Assembly: GCA_951406725.2 (NCBI GenBank)
Contig: OX597820.1
Coordinates: 112,468,001 to 112,532,000 of the forward strand
Length of the DNA stretch: 64,000 bases
DNA from: Octopus vulgaris
Taxonomy: Eukaryota
Direction: 5' to 3'
Positions 25,572 through 39,479 of this stretch are shown piece after piece. Position 1 is the stretch's first letter. Every line of letters begins with the position of its first letter. The notes beneath the pieces are model-generated. The model made no database searches. It worked only from the letters and a program-made list of their open reading frames with translations, and was not told the DNA's origin. The translations under genes were made by a program, and so were the position numbers.

Positions 25572-25745
25572 TGGGGAAAGTTATTTAGTTATTCATTTAT
25601 TTCAAATATTATCAATATATACAGGCATAGCTGAGCAGTTAAGAAGTTTGCTTCTTAACCATGTCATTTTTGGGTTCAGTCTGATCAAACTGTTGTGAAT
25701 GGATTTGGTTGGCATAAACTGAAAGTATGTCATTTATGTGCATGC

Positions 25746-25781
<36 letters not shown>

Positions 25782-26447
25782 GCGTGTGTGTACATATATA
25801 TGTATGTGCATGAGTGTGTGTGTGTGTGCATATGTATGTGTGTATGTATCTGTGTGTGTGTGAGTATGGGTGTGCTTCATTGTTTTGACATCATATGATA
25901 ATTGTAAACTAGTGTCACCATCATACAAACAGTGTTTTACATTTCCAATCATCCATGAAAACATGTCTGGCCTGTGTGAAATATTATGAGGGTAGGCTGA
26001 AATGTTCAGAGACTGAGTATCAAGGAGTGATGCTAGGACTGTGAACTCTTGCATGCATTAATTTCAACTTTCCTTATCAATAACTGCATTCTTTCTTTAT
26101 TTCATCAGAATTTGTTATGGAAAATGTTCTACTGCAGGATGCTCATTGTCTTGCTAGCCCTCACCTGCTTCCAAGTATGGTAACATTTCCCCATGGTCAG
26201 ACATGGAAATGAATGACAAAGCTTGTCTCACTGTGACAATCACTTACAACTAACATATGATGTCAAGACATGGAGACTCAAATATACACATTCTCTCTCT
26301 CGCCTGTGTTTGTCTGTGTAATGGTCTCAACCACATGGTTCCAGGTTCAATCCTACTGCATGGTACCTTGGGAAAGTGTCTTCAACTATAGCCTCAGGCA
26401 GACCAAAGCTTTGTGAGTGGATTTGCTAGATGGAAACTGAAAGAAGT

Positions 26448-26548
<101 letters not shown>

Positions 26549-27192
26549 GTATATCATCATCATCATCATCATCGTCGTTTAACGTCCATTCTCCATGCTA
26601 GCATGGGTTGGACGGTTCGACCGGGGTTCTGGGAAGCCAGAAGGCTGCACCAGGCTCCAGTCTAATTTGGCAATGTTTCTACAGCTGGATGCCCTTCCTA
26701 ACGCCAACCACTCCGTGAGTGTAGTGGGTGCTTTTTACGTGCCACCTGCACAGGTGCCAGGCGGGGCTGGCAACGGCCACGGTCGGATTGGTGTATTTTA
26801 TGTGCCACCGGCACGGAAGCCAGTCGAGGCGGTTACCACCAGGCCAGGGATCCTGGCTGGTTCAATTCGGTTTCGATTTCGCTTGCCCCAACATGTCTTC
26901 GCAAGCATGGGGGGTTGGCATGGGTGTCTGTCACCGGATGAGGTTCTATATCGACTTCGCTTGCCTCAACCGGTCTTTGTGTCCAAGGGAGGAAAGGCAT
27001 TCATAAGTGGGCTGGGCTCACTTGTCCTGCCTGGTCTTCTCACGTACAGAATATTTCCAAAGGTCTCGGTCTCTGGTCATTTCCTCAGTGAGGCCTAAAG
27101 TTCGAAGGTCGTGCTTCACCACCTCGGCATGTATATATATATATGTATATATATATATGTATATATATATATGTATATATATATATGTATAT

Positions 27193-27240
<48 letters not shown>

Positions 27241-27486
27241 TTATATATATTTGTGTGTATGTATCTGTGTTTGTCCCCCCACTATTGCTTAACAATGAAT
27301 GATGGTGCGTTTACATCCCAGTACCTTAGCACTTCAACAAAAGAGACTGATAAAATAAGTGCTAGGCTTACAAAGAATAAGTCCTGGGGTCAATTTGTTC
27401 GACTAAAGGTGGTGCTCCAGCATGGTTGCAGTCAAATGACTGAAACAAGTGAAGGAAAATATATATATATATATATATTATTAGTG

Positions 27487-27527
<41 letters not shown>

Positions 27528-27610
27528 CTTGTGTGTAGCAGTACTAATAACCAATCATTTGACGTCAATATACATATTCTTTAGAATAGTGCAGCACATA
27601 ATAAAATCAT

Positions 27611-27776
27611 TGAATGGCAAGGGAACAGGAATTATGTAATCAAGTTCAATAGCCTACAGTTGTTTCTGCTTTAAGGTGCAGAGTACTAAACACTCAGCTC
27701 TGAGTGCACTTCTTATAGTAAGAACAGCTGCAAGCTAATGAAGTTAATTATGGAATTCCTGTTCCCTTGTCATTCA
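27611..27776. repeat. Decayed fold-back element; related copy at about 23101-23205
   Basis: Inverted arms TGAATGGCAAGGGAACAGGAATT / AATTCCTGTTCCCTTGTCATTCA; the 23.1 kb copy keeps GAAACAGCTGTAAGCC (hammerhead 3' half) on the minus strand. Confidence 0.6.
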
Positions 27777-28034
27777 TTATATGTGTGTGTATATAAACAC
27801 TACATAAAACATATATCTATGTGTATATGTGTATTTAAATATATCATTATCATTGGCATCATTATTTAATGTCTGTTTTCCATGCTGACATGGGTTAAAT
27901 GGTTTGACTGGATGGTAAACTGGAGAGCTGCATCAGATTCCAGTCTGTTTTTGTTTCATCTCTACAGCTGGATTCCCTTCCTAACAATAACCACTCCACA
28001 GAGTGTACTGGGTGCCTCTTATGTGTCACAGACA

Positions 28035-28268
28035 CTAAAGCGGCAAGCTGGCAAAAACATTAGCACGCTGGGCGAAATGCTTAGCAGTATTTCGTCTGCT
28101 GCTACGCTCTGAGTTCAAATTCCGCCGAGTTCGACTTTGCCTTTCATACTTTCAGGGTCGATTAAATAAGTACCAGTTACATACTGGGGTCGATGTAATC
28201 GAATTAGTCCTTTTGTCTGTCCTTGTTTGTCCCCTCTATGTTTAGCCCCTTGTGGGCAATAAAGAATT
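28035..28268 (+). mobile_element. Third SINE family; further copies near 5248-5445, 30420-30550, 41700-41895, 59450-59645
   Basis: Shared GAGTTCAAATTCCGCCGAG.TCGACTTTGCCTTTCAT..TTTC.GGGTCGAT..AATAAGTACCAGTT. Confidence 0.75.
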
Positions 28269-28627
28269 GTATGTGTTACAGGCACAGGTGCCTTTCATTG
28301 TCACTGGCACAGGTGCCTTTTACATGTCACTGGCACTAGGCCACAATCATGATTTCACTTAGCTTGATGTGTCTTGTCACGCACATAAACTCATCAGAAA
28401 TCCTGGTCACTGTCATTTGTGAGGCTCAACATCTGAAGATCCCGTTTCACCAGCTCTTTCCACATCTTCCTGGGTCTACCTCTTTCACAGGCTCCTTCCA
28501 CAATTACAGATTAGAACATTTTATACAGCTGTTCTCATCCATATTCATGACATAACCATACCAGTGCAGTCTTCTTTCCAGCAACCTACAATGCAAGTAT
28601 ATGTGTGCGTGTGTGTACATGCATGCA

Positions 28628-28682
<55 letters not shown>

Positions 28683-28708
28683 CTGAGAGAGCAAAAGAGA
28701 TAACTTAC

Positions 28709-28815
28709 CTTTTCTGTGTATGTCTGCCATGTGTGAAATATCGTCTTGGTGATAATATTCATACACTGATGTCCCTAATAGTTCTTGTGGCAAATAACCT
28801 AATATTACTGTTGCC
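28709..28815 (-). CDS. ARNTL: BMAL1/cycle exon, PAS-B
   Basis: 107 nt, phase 2 to 1, gtaagt donor; [35 protein letters not shown]. Confidence 0.96.
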
Positions 28816-28854
28816 CTGAAAAAGCCAGTGAGAGAAAGTATGAATTAGATGGTT

Positions 28855-28898
<44 letters not shown>

Positions 28899-29287
28899 TG
28901 GCCTGATGCAAATACCAGGCAGTGGCTCTCATGGCTTCTCATCTTAACTGATTGGAAGTGTTTTCATGTACAGTGTTTTGTCTTGGAATGAAAGATGGGC
29001 TACAGCAAATATTCTGCTCAATACCACAGATTTGCTTGTCAGTTGTTTGACCATAACCACTTGAGCATGTCCCTTAGCATGTCCCTTAGCATGTCCCTTA
29101 GTTGACGATATGTGCATCTCTGATCATGAGCAGAAGTAGTGGAGGAGCATCAAATCTATGTGTTGAGAAGAATTCTTTGGGGGTTTGGATAATTCACCTT
29201 TGGAAACATGGGTGTTTCATTCAAAATCCTTAAACAACCCTTATTCAGGGACCTTTTGAGGGTATGGCATAAAATTACCATAAGACA

Positions 29288-29740
29288 ATGTCGTTAAATT
29301 TTCTGTGGAATAATGAGGGATTCAAATACTTAGGAGTGTTGCATGATGACAAGATTATGAAAAGGAAAATGAGAGAGAAAGTCATTAAAGAATACAAATG
29401 GAGAATTAGAAGAATGGTGCTTGAAACAAAATTAAATGGAGGGAACATCACTAAATCCACAAATACACAGGCAATGACAGTATTGAGACACTCTGCCCCC
29501 TTTCTGAAATGGACAAGGACCAAACTCCAGAATACGGGTAGAAGAAGTAGAAAGCTTCTAACAATGCACAACATATTCCATCCTAAAAGTAAAACTGGCC
29601 AAGAAGGGAAAGTGGTGGAGGATTACCAAATGCAGAAGATACTGTTGGCGCTGCAATACTGGATATGAAAAATTATGTTGTGCAAAATAAAGAAATAATA
29701 CTTTCAGCAGATACCCAAAATGTGACTGAAATAGTATGCT
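29288..29740 (+). mobile_element. Non-LTR retrotransposon fragment, RT C-terminal region (R4/Dong-like)
   Basis: FKYLGV...KEYKWRIRRMVLETKLNGGN...RKLLTMHNIFHPKS. Confidence 0.75.
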
Positions 29741-30031
29741 AATGATTCTATCAGCTTACTACTACTATTACTACTACTACCACTACCACTACCACCACCA
29801 CCACTACTACTACTGTTGCTGCTGCTGCTGCTGCTACTACTACTACTATAGGCATAAGGTCTGAAATTTTATGGGAAGTGACTATAGTGTATTACATTGA
29901 TCCCAGGGTTCGGCTGGTACAAAAAGATAAAAGCAAAGTTGATCTTGGCAGAATTTGAACTCCGAATGTAAAGATGGATGGAATGCCACTAAGTATTTTG
30001 CTGGTGCTATTGATTCTACCAGGTCACTGCC

Positions 30032-30074
<43 letters not shown>

Positions 30075-31040
30075 TAATAATAATGGTTTCAAATTTTGGC
30101 ACCAGGCCAGCAATTTCAGGGGAGGGGGATTACATTGACCCCAGTGTTCAACTGGTACTTATTCTATTGATCCTCAAAGGATGAAAGCTAAACTCAAACT
30201 TAGCAGCATTTGAACTCAGAACATAAAGATGGATGAAATGCCTCAAAGCAGTTATGATTCTGTCTGCTCACCACCTTAATAACAAAAATAATGATGATGA
30301 TGATAACAACAACAACAACAACAGAATCTATGTAATCCGAAAAAACGTTCTGATGAATCCTTCTGACCATTTTATTTACTCTGTGAAATTCTTTAAATCT
30401 TTATGGCTGTCTTTGCATCCTGAGTTCAAATTCCACCAAGGTCGACTTTGCCTTTCATCCTTTTGGGCTCGATAAATTAAGTACCAGTTGCATACTGGGG
30501 TTGATCTAATTGACTGGCCTCCTCCCCCTTATGCCTAGAGTAGAAAGGAATATAGGTTGATTCTACTCTCAGGTAATTATAGCAGCCTAGCAGTATTATA
30601 GATAGAGGAGTGATAGGTGTTAGGGGATGAGAATTGGGAGAAATGCTTGACAGGAGAGAGAGAGAGAGATAGAGAGGGGTGGGTGGGACAGGGCCCTGCA
30701 CATAAAGTATATCAAGTTGTTTTTGGGATATCATTTTTGTTGTGATGGATGGATCTTTGAGCACAACAAATTTCCAATTATCTTGACCGTCTGTCATCTC
30801 GTCTGTAATGCTTAGCATAGATTACATGTGTGTGTGTGTGTGTATACATGCATGTACACACGCATGTATAGTTGAAATTGTTTGCACGAATTAAGAAATT
30901 CACAATCAAAATAGAATACACAAGGAAAGTTTAACTGAGTCTAAAATATTTATTTAAACAAAAATTTACAGTTCCAAAATAGAACTTAAAGTATTCTTGG
31001 AAAAAGTTTCTTTGGAATTGAATAGAATGCAACCTGTAAC

Positions 31041-31074
<34 letters not shown>

Positions 31075-31462
31075 CACACGTACATTCATATTTAGAATTG
31101 TGTGTATATATGCAATATGTATGTAAGTAAAAACATGGATATAATTGTGTGTACATTATATATATGTGTGAGTATGTGCATGTAAAACATATATATGATT
31201 TTGAACCAGCTTATGTACCACACTCCCTCACACACACACATGCACGCAAACATCCACCCATGTACCAGTATATATCATTGTCGTCTATACTTAATACTAT
31301 TTTCACATCTTGACTTTTTTTAGAAACTCAGATTTAAGAGACACTTTCAAATCTAGTAAATAGCTTCCACTGTGATAATAGTTCATTTGAACCACTATGA
31401 TACATACTACATACTTACATGCATGTATATGTGTGTGTGTGTATACACACATATATACATAT

Positions 31463-31532
<70 letters not shown>

Positions 31533-31776
31533 AATTATTTGAGGGAATATTAATCCTAACTTACAGGGAAAAATTCAATTTAGAAATACTAAATCAAATT
31601 TCACACAATATTTATACCAATTATATACGTTTTTATTATTTTTTTGCATTTTACTTAATCATTAATCATTGGTATATTATTATTATTTTTATTTTAATAT
31701 TTCTATTATATGTAATTTTCTAGATGGTGTAATTTAATCGTTCATTTTGAATTGATAAAAGGTGTTTTTTAATCTA

Positions 31777-31824
<48 letters not shown>

Positions 31825-32461
31825 TATCTGCATGTGTGTATATGTATACATACTCACATGTACAGACATACTAATGTACATGATGAAATACATACATACA
31901 TACAATCTGTAGTTGAAACCAGGTTTGAAAATCTGAACAGATAACAATATGCAAAAGTAACATAATGAAAAATTTTCCCAAGCAAGCAGCCAAACTTACA
32001 TGGAACTGGTCTTAGTGAAAAGGGAAATAAGTTGCTTGGGAAACACTTTTGAAGTCTTTGTCCTTTCACTTTTTCAATGAAAACACAGTGAAGGTGTAAA
32101 CTCACATTTCTATACACATAAAAGCCATAACAATTTTCTCATAATGCACCAATCTCACACTTTCTTTCTGTACATATATGTATATGGCCTTGATAAAGAA
32201 ATATGTGATTATCTGTAAAATAAAACTTGGATATCTTAAATGCCTGTTCTCCTGATATCTATTAATTTATATATATATTAATCGAAATATTATACATCCA
32301 TTACACATTACAGTTGATCTTACCAACTGGCTTCATGCTAGGAATTCAATGGATTGTTAAATAGCCTGATTATATAACGCTGTGCTCATTAGAAGTAGCC
32401 ATTATGGAATGAAATATGGCAACTACTCTGTATTGTTGGAGGTGGATAGACACATCTGGTT

Positions 32462-32494
<33 letters not shown>

Positions 32495-32977
32495 GTATGC
32501 AACTATAAGTATTTTGTTAAATGTTTAATAAATTTAATAAACATATACTTAATAAACATATGTTTAATCTCACAGTGACAACTCTATCAGTGGACTAATC
32601 ACAGGATTTTTGGCAGCTGAAAATGAAGTTCCTCTCACTAGTTTTAGGCTTTTTTGAGAATCATTGGGGATTGCCTAACTGACCTCCCAAAAGGTGAATT
32701 TAGGATAAAAGTAAATTGTTATTGGAGTAAAAAATATATATAAAAAAGTGTATAACATACATACATACATACATGCATATACATACACGCACATATATAT
32801 ATTAATGGAAGTGTACAGTTTAATATGTCTATTATGGCTATATCAGTTTCACACTGAGGGTTCAGTGGATGTTAGATAGCAGCCTGATTATGTGACACTG
32901 CACTCTTCAGAGATGATGCTTAACACACCTAGTATAAACAGATTTGTAAGATTGGCCTTAATGGATATATAATACTG

Positions 32978-33179
32978 TATATTTTGATTAATATGACCAC
33001 TGTATTGACAAATATACAAGTGCATATTTTCCTGAGTTATAGATTCTTAGATGGTGGGGGGACAAATACAGATACAATAACACACACACACACACATATG
33101 TATGCCATCTAAGAATCTATAAGTCAGACAAATATGCACTTATATTTGTCAATAGAGTGGGTATATTAATCAAAATATA
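32978..33179. repeat. Inverted repeat, ~75-bp arms, ~50-nt spacer
   Basis: TATATTTTGATTAATAT...ATAGATTCTTAGATGG / CCATCTAAGAATCTAT...ATATTAATCAAAATATA. Confidence 0.85.
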
Positions 33180-33635
33180 TATGTGCATGTATGTATGTAT
33201 AAAATTAGAGAGATTAAATTGACAATCCAGTAATTTATTTATAAATTTTACACACTCTTTTGAAGGAATTATTTTCCTTTGTTTGTTAATATATATAAAT
33301 ATATATATATAATATGTTGTTCCTGAAGAGCCATAGCCAAAACAAAATATATTTTATCAGATAAACAAATGCGTATGCATCTGCCAATTTGACAAAATGT
33401 TTTGGTCATGTAATTTACATTATGTAACCTTTTAATTACCTTATGTTAGTAAAAGGTACAAAAGTTGATGTAACTAATTATCTACTCACAAGGCTTTGGT
33501 TTGCCTGAGGCCATAGTAGAAGACACTTGCTCAATGTGCCATGCAGTGAGACCGAACCCGGAACCATGTGGTTGGGAAGCCAGCTTCTTACCACACAGCC
33601 ACTCCTGTGCCTATAATATATATATATATATATTC

Positions 33636-33753
33636 TTAAACAAGAATATTATTGACAGTGACTTCGAAGTTTTGGTTGGTTAAGCCATCATCTGACAATG
33701 ATGGCTTAACTGGCCAAAACTTTGAAGTCCCTGCCAATAATATTCTTGTTTAA
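33636..33753. repeat. Fold-back with a hammerhead relic at its centre
   Basis: ~56-bp inverted arms; GAUGA-U-GG...CC-aAA ACUUCGAAGU C with a perfectly palindromic stem III. Confidence 0.6.
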
Positions 33754-33973
33754 CCCTTTAGCATTCAAGCTACTCTATCAAAGCAATGCTTATTGACTCA
33801 TATTGTTTTGAACTAATCATGCATTATCTTGTAGCTTTGAGATTTCAATGATGTGATTGTATACTTTTAGAATGACATTCTAGGGTAGGTGTGAAAGGCC
33901 AGACCTGGCCGGTTTGAACATAAAACAAGTAAGATTATTTTGACTGGATATGACCAGTTTGAATGCTAAAGGG
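33754..33973. mobile_element. piggyBac-type MITE
   Basis: TTAA on both sides; TIRs CCCTTTAGCATTCAA / TTGAATGCTAAAGGG. Confidence 0.85.
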
Positions 33974-34336
33974 TTAAGAATAATGAATTTGTACTCTACA
34001 AAACTATAAAGTAATCCGTCAGATTAATGTAAATTTGGTTTTATTACAGCTGAACATAAAAACTAGCTTTAAAAAGCACCAACCGATCGTGGCCGTTGCC
34101 AGCCTCGCCTGGCACCTGTGCCGGTGGCATGTAAAAAGCACCCACTACACTCACGAAGGGCATCCAGCTGTAGAAACACTGCCAGATTAGACTGGAGCCT
34201 GGTGCAGCCTCCTGGCTTCCCAGACCCCGGTTGAACCGTCCAACCCATGCTAGCAGACGTTAAATGATGATGATGATGATGATGATGATGATAATTATTG
34301 TCACATATCATATGCCTGCAGTGCATTGATGACTCA

Positions 34337-35310
34337 TCAACAAAAGTCGTTCTGACTAAGTGCAAGTTCTCCAGCTGCCTTGCCACTCTTGTCCAGCCAG
34401 CTCATAATATTGTCCACCCATTGCATTCTTTGGTCCTCTTGATCTACTATCCTCAACTCTCCCTTCCATGATAATATTTTCCAAACCTCTGCTTCTTCGA
34501 ATATGGTCATAATAGATGAGGTTTTGTTTTTCCACAATGTTCAGAAGTCGTCTTTCACCTCTTTCATGTTGTAACACCAATTCATTTATCTGATGATCCT
34601 TGTATGAGACTTGTATAACATTCTCCTATCCACCCACATTTCAAATGCATTGATTATAATCTCTTCAAATTTGTTCAGAGTCTGTGCTCCACAACCATAA
34701 ATACCAATTGGCCAAATGAAAACTTGCACTAACCATGTTTTTAAATTAACTGGGGCACGTTTCCTGGTTCAGACGTTACCAAGCTTTTCTATGGCTGTTC
34801 TTGCCATGGCTAGCTGTGTTCTAATTTCTTTCTTACATGTTGCTTCACCAGAGATTTGGGCTCCAGGGTATTTGTACTATTCAGCCTGTTTGAGCCCCTC
34901 ACAGCCCAGTTTGATGTTACCATTTATTTTCTCTTTTCCAATAACCATGACATTTATTTTCTCATGGCTGAGATAATGACCATGAGTGTTTGATGCCTTC
35001 TTGATTCTCTTTACTATTCTTGGCAAGTGAAGCAGTATCCTCTGCATACCTTTGATTAGAAATATGGAAGTCACATATTATTGATACCATCTTCTTGCAT
35101 TGTTTCTAGCATTATCCACTCAGTGTAGATGTTGAACAATTCAAAAGCCTTTCTGTAGTCAATGTAGCAAAGGAAAGTTGTAAGGTTGTGTATTCTTGTT
35201 TTTTTTCTGTATATCTTTCTGAAAGATTTATAGACCAATGTTTTAGTGCTGCTTGTAAATTCATAGCCCCTATACCTGAAAAACAGCCAAATTTCTACCT
35301 TGTAGTATTA
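34337..35310 (-). mobile_element. Decayed RTE-type LINE fragment
   Basis: Broken frames with LIYYDHIRR..LENIIMEGRVE..RSRG and INVMVIGK, typical of RTE ORF2 ends. Confidence 0.7.
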
Positions 35311-35682
35311 TTGGTATCTACACTTGTAGTATTATTGGTATTTGATTTATTGATAGAGAAGGGCTCTCTGTGAGATTGATTCCAGCTAATGTCAGCTTTG
35401 CCTTTCATCATTTTGGGGTACTTCAAATACAGCATATAGCATTGTGCCAAGAATACCAGCCTAGTACGTTTTTGGTTATTATCTCACATCTAAGCAGGAA
35501 CTGTATATAAGGAGGAGGTAGATAAAACAGAAACTACACAATGTGTAGAGTGAACAAAACAAAACAGGAATTATACACCACAATCACCACTGATTACTAG
35601 ATATTTTTACTTTTAGAATAAATGTGTGTGTGTGTGTAAACTTTCCATAGAAGTCAGTTATGTGCCAGAACTAATTACCTAC

Positions 35683-35938
35683 CTGTGGTCTATGTATGTA
35701 AACTTGCCATCAATACTATGTCGGGAGACATATTCTGTGGGCCGCATGTGAATTGCACCGCTTTCAGGTAGATTGTATGGACTAAATGCCGGCAATGTCC
35801 GACCAACGGCCACCAAACAGCTTAAGTTACACAGTTCGTTGTCATTTTCCACTTCATCCTCACCTCCAATGTCCATTCGTGTTGGTGGCCAGGATTTCAA
35901 GTACCCTGTACAGTGAATTATGCAGAAGTTTTTTCTGT
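35683..35938 (-). CDS. ARNTL: BMAL1/cycle exon, end of PAS-A, linker, start of PAS-B
   Basis: 256 nt, phase 1 to 2; (D)RKNFCIIHCTGYLKSWPPT...CNLSCLVAVGR...EYVSRHSIDGKFTYIDH(R). Confidence 0.96.
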
Positions 35939-36420
35939 CTGTAAAAATTTAAAAAAGCAAAAAAAAAAATATATATATATATATAACCGAAAAGAAACAA
36001 AAGTTGATTGAAGAAATATGTTAATAAAGGGGTTAAAGTGATATGAATTAAAACTTTCCATCAAAATTTTATGTTAATTTATGCTCCAAGAGCCAGCTTA
36101 ATTATTAAAAAATTATTTTACTAATTTCTTCTATATTTTCAAAATTAATTGCAGCAAAGAGTGCATATTTCAAGAGAAATATGGTAATAAAGGGGTTAAA
36201 GAAGGATGTTCTTCTTAAGTATGTTTTAGAGGGAGAGAGAAACAAAGAGAGAGAGAGGGAGAAGAAAGGGGGAGAGAGAGGGGAAGATAGTGAGAGAGAG
36301 AGGGAGAAAGAGAGAGATGATGACATTGATTTATATATATAACTATGTTGATGTTGATGATGATGTATGTATGTTTGTGTGTGCGCATGTGTGTGTATAC
36401 ATATATACATATACACATGA

Positions 36421-36451
<31 letters not shown>

Positions 36452-36459
36452 TATTCATA

Positions 36460-36490
<31 letters not shown>

Positions 36491-37027
36491 TAGTTTTCCT
36501 GTATACGATTGGTCAATTTATGATGCGACTATCAATGAATTCAACTTCCTCTTAATATCACATGAATATCAATCAATCAATGAACCACAGCCTCCTAATT
36601 AGTATTGCATGATTAGTTAAACTGTGTCACTGCCTATATTGGTACTCTCATTAGATTTATAAAAAGCTGTGAAATCTACTATAGTCATTTAGCCAGTTTT
36701 AAAAAGATTAAGTTTTTCACCTGTATTTTTGTCGCTAGGTAACACAAGTATGAGTGTGTGTGTGTGGGATGGGGGGAATTACTCCTCAACAAAAATATTG
36801 GAGCCTATCAGAAGATTACCAACAGAAGACTTCACTTTGCATATACAAAGTGAAAGAGTCTCTTGATTGGCTAATGTGCATGTGTGTATGTCTATGTCTA
36901 TATATATATATATATTCATGTGTATATGATGGTGACGATGATGTACGTATTCAAATGTATATATATTATTTCATATATGTATGCATATATAGATATTATA
37001 AATAGATAAAAATATGTGCACTTTTAC

Positions 37028-37204
37028 CTGATTTTCGTTTTTTATGGGAATGCTCAGCTTCAACATCTTTTTCTACCTTGACAGCGCTGGGAACAACGTC
37101 TGCAGATTTATTGACACATTTCATCCGACAGAAGAATGAGCGTCTGGCACCAGAGCAGAGTTGAGTGGGTTTCTGAGGTAGTTCTGTTCTCACTGGAAGC
37201 ATGG
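37028..37204 (-). CDS. ARNTL: BMAL1/cycle exon, PAS-A
   Basis: 177 nt, phase 1 to 1; (T)MLPVRTELPQKPTQLCSGARRSFFCRMKC...HKKRKS carries the BMAL1/CYC motif LCSGARRSFFCRMK. Confidence 0.96.
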
Positions 37205-37265
37205 CTGTAATCACAAGAGAAGATATATTAACATAGCTGAGGAATAAACCCTTCTTTGTGAGATA

Positions 37266-37663
37266 CTAGCAGTATCGCCCGGCGTTGTTCGGATTTGTAA
37301 GGGAAATAACTATATAAGCATTTTTAGAGAGTTATAGCCAAACAATAGCAAAAAAATGCATTAAAAATGGAAAAAAAATGATGGTAAATTTTTTTTTAAA
37401 TCGTCGACTCATCGTAGACATTTTTAGAGAGTTACTTCCCTTACATAATAGCGAAAAAATGCATTAAAATGGAAAAAAATGATGGTAAATTGTTTTTTAA
37501 ATCGTAGACTCATCGTAGACGTGCGCTAATACCCAGAAGGGCTCGATATGAATCACGACTATAAGATACCCGCTTTTGGTTACACTGCACCGCAAAATGT
37601 GGGAGTAGTTAGGAATCTAAATTGTAGGAGACAGACACACAACTTCTCTTTTATATATAAAGA
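37266..37663 (-). mobile_element. Non-autonomous Helitron
   Basis: Minus strand begins TC, ends CTAG, inserted between A and T; GC-rich subterminal hairpin-like CCGAACAACGCCGG; internal ~100-bp duplication; 61 nt upstream of a BMAL1 exon. Confidence 0.75.
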
Positions 37664-38520
37664 TAAAGAAGAAGTTTTTTTTTTCCTTTTTGTGTTGGTT
37701 ATGTGGAAGGGTTGAAAGCTAGCAACATTGTTAATGTCACTGACAACAAACATATATAAAGCAACATGTATGTTAGTCAATGCTATATGAAGAAACTTGG
37801 TCAGACTTAAAGTACTTTTGTCCCAAAATGGTTATTAAGTGACTGTTATGTAACTGCAGAGCTAAAGTTCTTTCTATGACACCAGAAAGTTGCAGGAAGC
37901 CGGATTTAAAATAGTTTGTCTGACTATCTAGTCACTGTAATATTTTCCTTAAGAAACATATTTCTACTGAAAAGGATTAAGTAACCTTATAGTTTAATGT
38001 TAAATTATTTTTATATATAACCTAGCATAAAACAAACATTAATATATATATATGTATGTGTGTGTGTGTGTGCATGTGTGCACCTTTTTCTTGACATCAT
38101 GTGATGTTTATAAATGAGCATCACTGTCATACAAGCAAAATTGTTCATTTCCAGTCTTCCATGAAAAACATGTCTGGCCAAGGGGAAATATTTTATTATC
38201 TTGCTTGGAAACTGGCATCCAGTTGGAGAACATCTTCCTCAACAAATTCTATCTAAGTCCATGTAAGCATGGAAGAGTAGACATTAAATGATGATGATGA
38301 TGATGATGATGTAATTAACAGATAATTAGGCTGATTACTTGTGGAATCTACCATTTATGAATTTCAGATAACAGATCAACACTACCTGTATTTTCCAAAC
38401 ATTGGTTTGTATTTCTGACTTATTGCATATACACCCTCCCAGTAGGTGAATGTAAATATTTATAGATAGATGGAACTGGTGGAAGAAAGATCTTTCCAAA
38501 GAAAATGTGATTCTACTTAC

Positions 38521-38638
38521 TTTTTGCATCAATGTACCGTTCTCTTGGCGTTAGATCTGAAGAGCTAAGTTGTTCTTTGATTTTGCCAATGTCTCGTGGA
38601 TGAAGAATATCAAACAAACTTTGGCCAATTAAATCGGA
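38521..38638 (-). CDS. ARNTL: BMAL1/cycle exon, PAS-A
   Basis: 118 nt, phase 0 to 1, gtaag donor; [39 protein letters not shown] matches BMAL1 [36 protein letters not shown]. Confidence 0.96.
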
Positions 38639-39071
38639 CTGAAAATAGAAACAACATAAGAGATCTAAAAACAAAACACAAAAGAATGGTTAAAGCTACT
38701 GTGATGATCAATAGTAATCAAAGATATTATTTCTTGCCAACATAATCAGAATTATGTGTGATGTGAAGGAATTGGTTGACAAATTATTATTTTTTCTTTT
38801 TGTTTTTCATTAGCTTAACAATCAAAGTTGTTTCTTTTTCAAAACTATCTTTGATAATTTTGTTTGTTTGGAACTCAGTGAGTTTACTGTTCAGCTTCTT
38901 CATAGCTCAACTCTAACTAAAATTACTAACAACGTTTCTAGGGGAATAAATTACAGAGATGATTAGTAAATAAGTCTACCATCAGGAACCAAAATAAGAG
39001 CCGTTGGGATTTCTTTGGTTGCACTCTATTCCCTTTTATGCTTTTCATCATATATGAAAAGCAAAAATTAA

Positions 39072-39286
39072 CCCTTTGGCATTCAAATTATTCTGTTAAG
39101 CAGAATACTTATTTATTTATGTTGTTTTGAATTAATCATGCATTATCTCGCTGCTTCTAGATTTCTATGATGTGATATTTTTTGGAGGACATTGTATAGT
39201 AGGTATGAGAGGCTGAATTTGGTCAGTTTGAACATAAAACATGTAGAATATTTGGACCTGATATGGCTGGTTTAAATGCAAAAGGG
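39072..39286. mobile_element. piggyBac-type MITE, same family as 33754-33973
   Basis: TTAA flanks, CCCTTT...AAAGGG ends, shared interior (TAATCATGCATTATCT). Confidence 0.82.
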
Positions 39287-39479
39287 TTAAGGAGCAGGGA
39301 ATGGAAATGAGTGTTTTATAAAACAAAGTGTTTATGAGTTCAAGTTTGTTTTGTTTTTTTAATTAGAAAAATTTCTATTCATGGATTTCATTGTCACAAG
39401 TAACGTGGTAAATGATATTATTTATTTGATTTGATTTTTTCACTCTTCCTAATTAGTGGTATCAATGTTTTAGCATACT

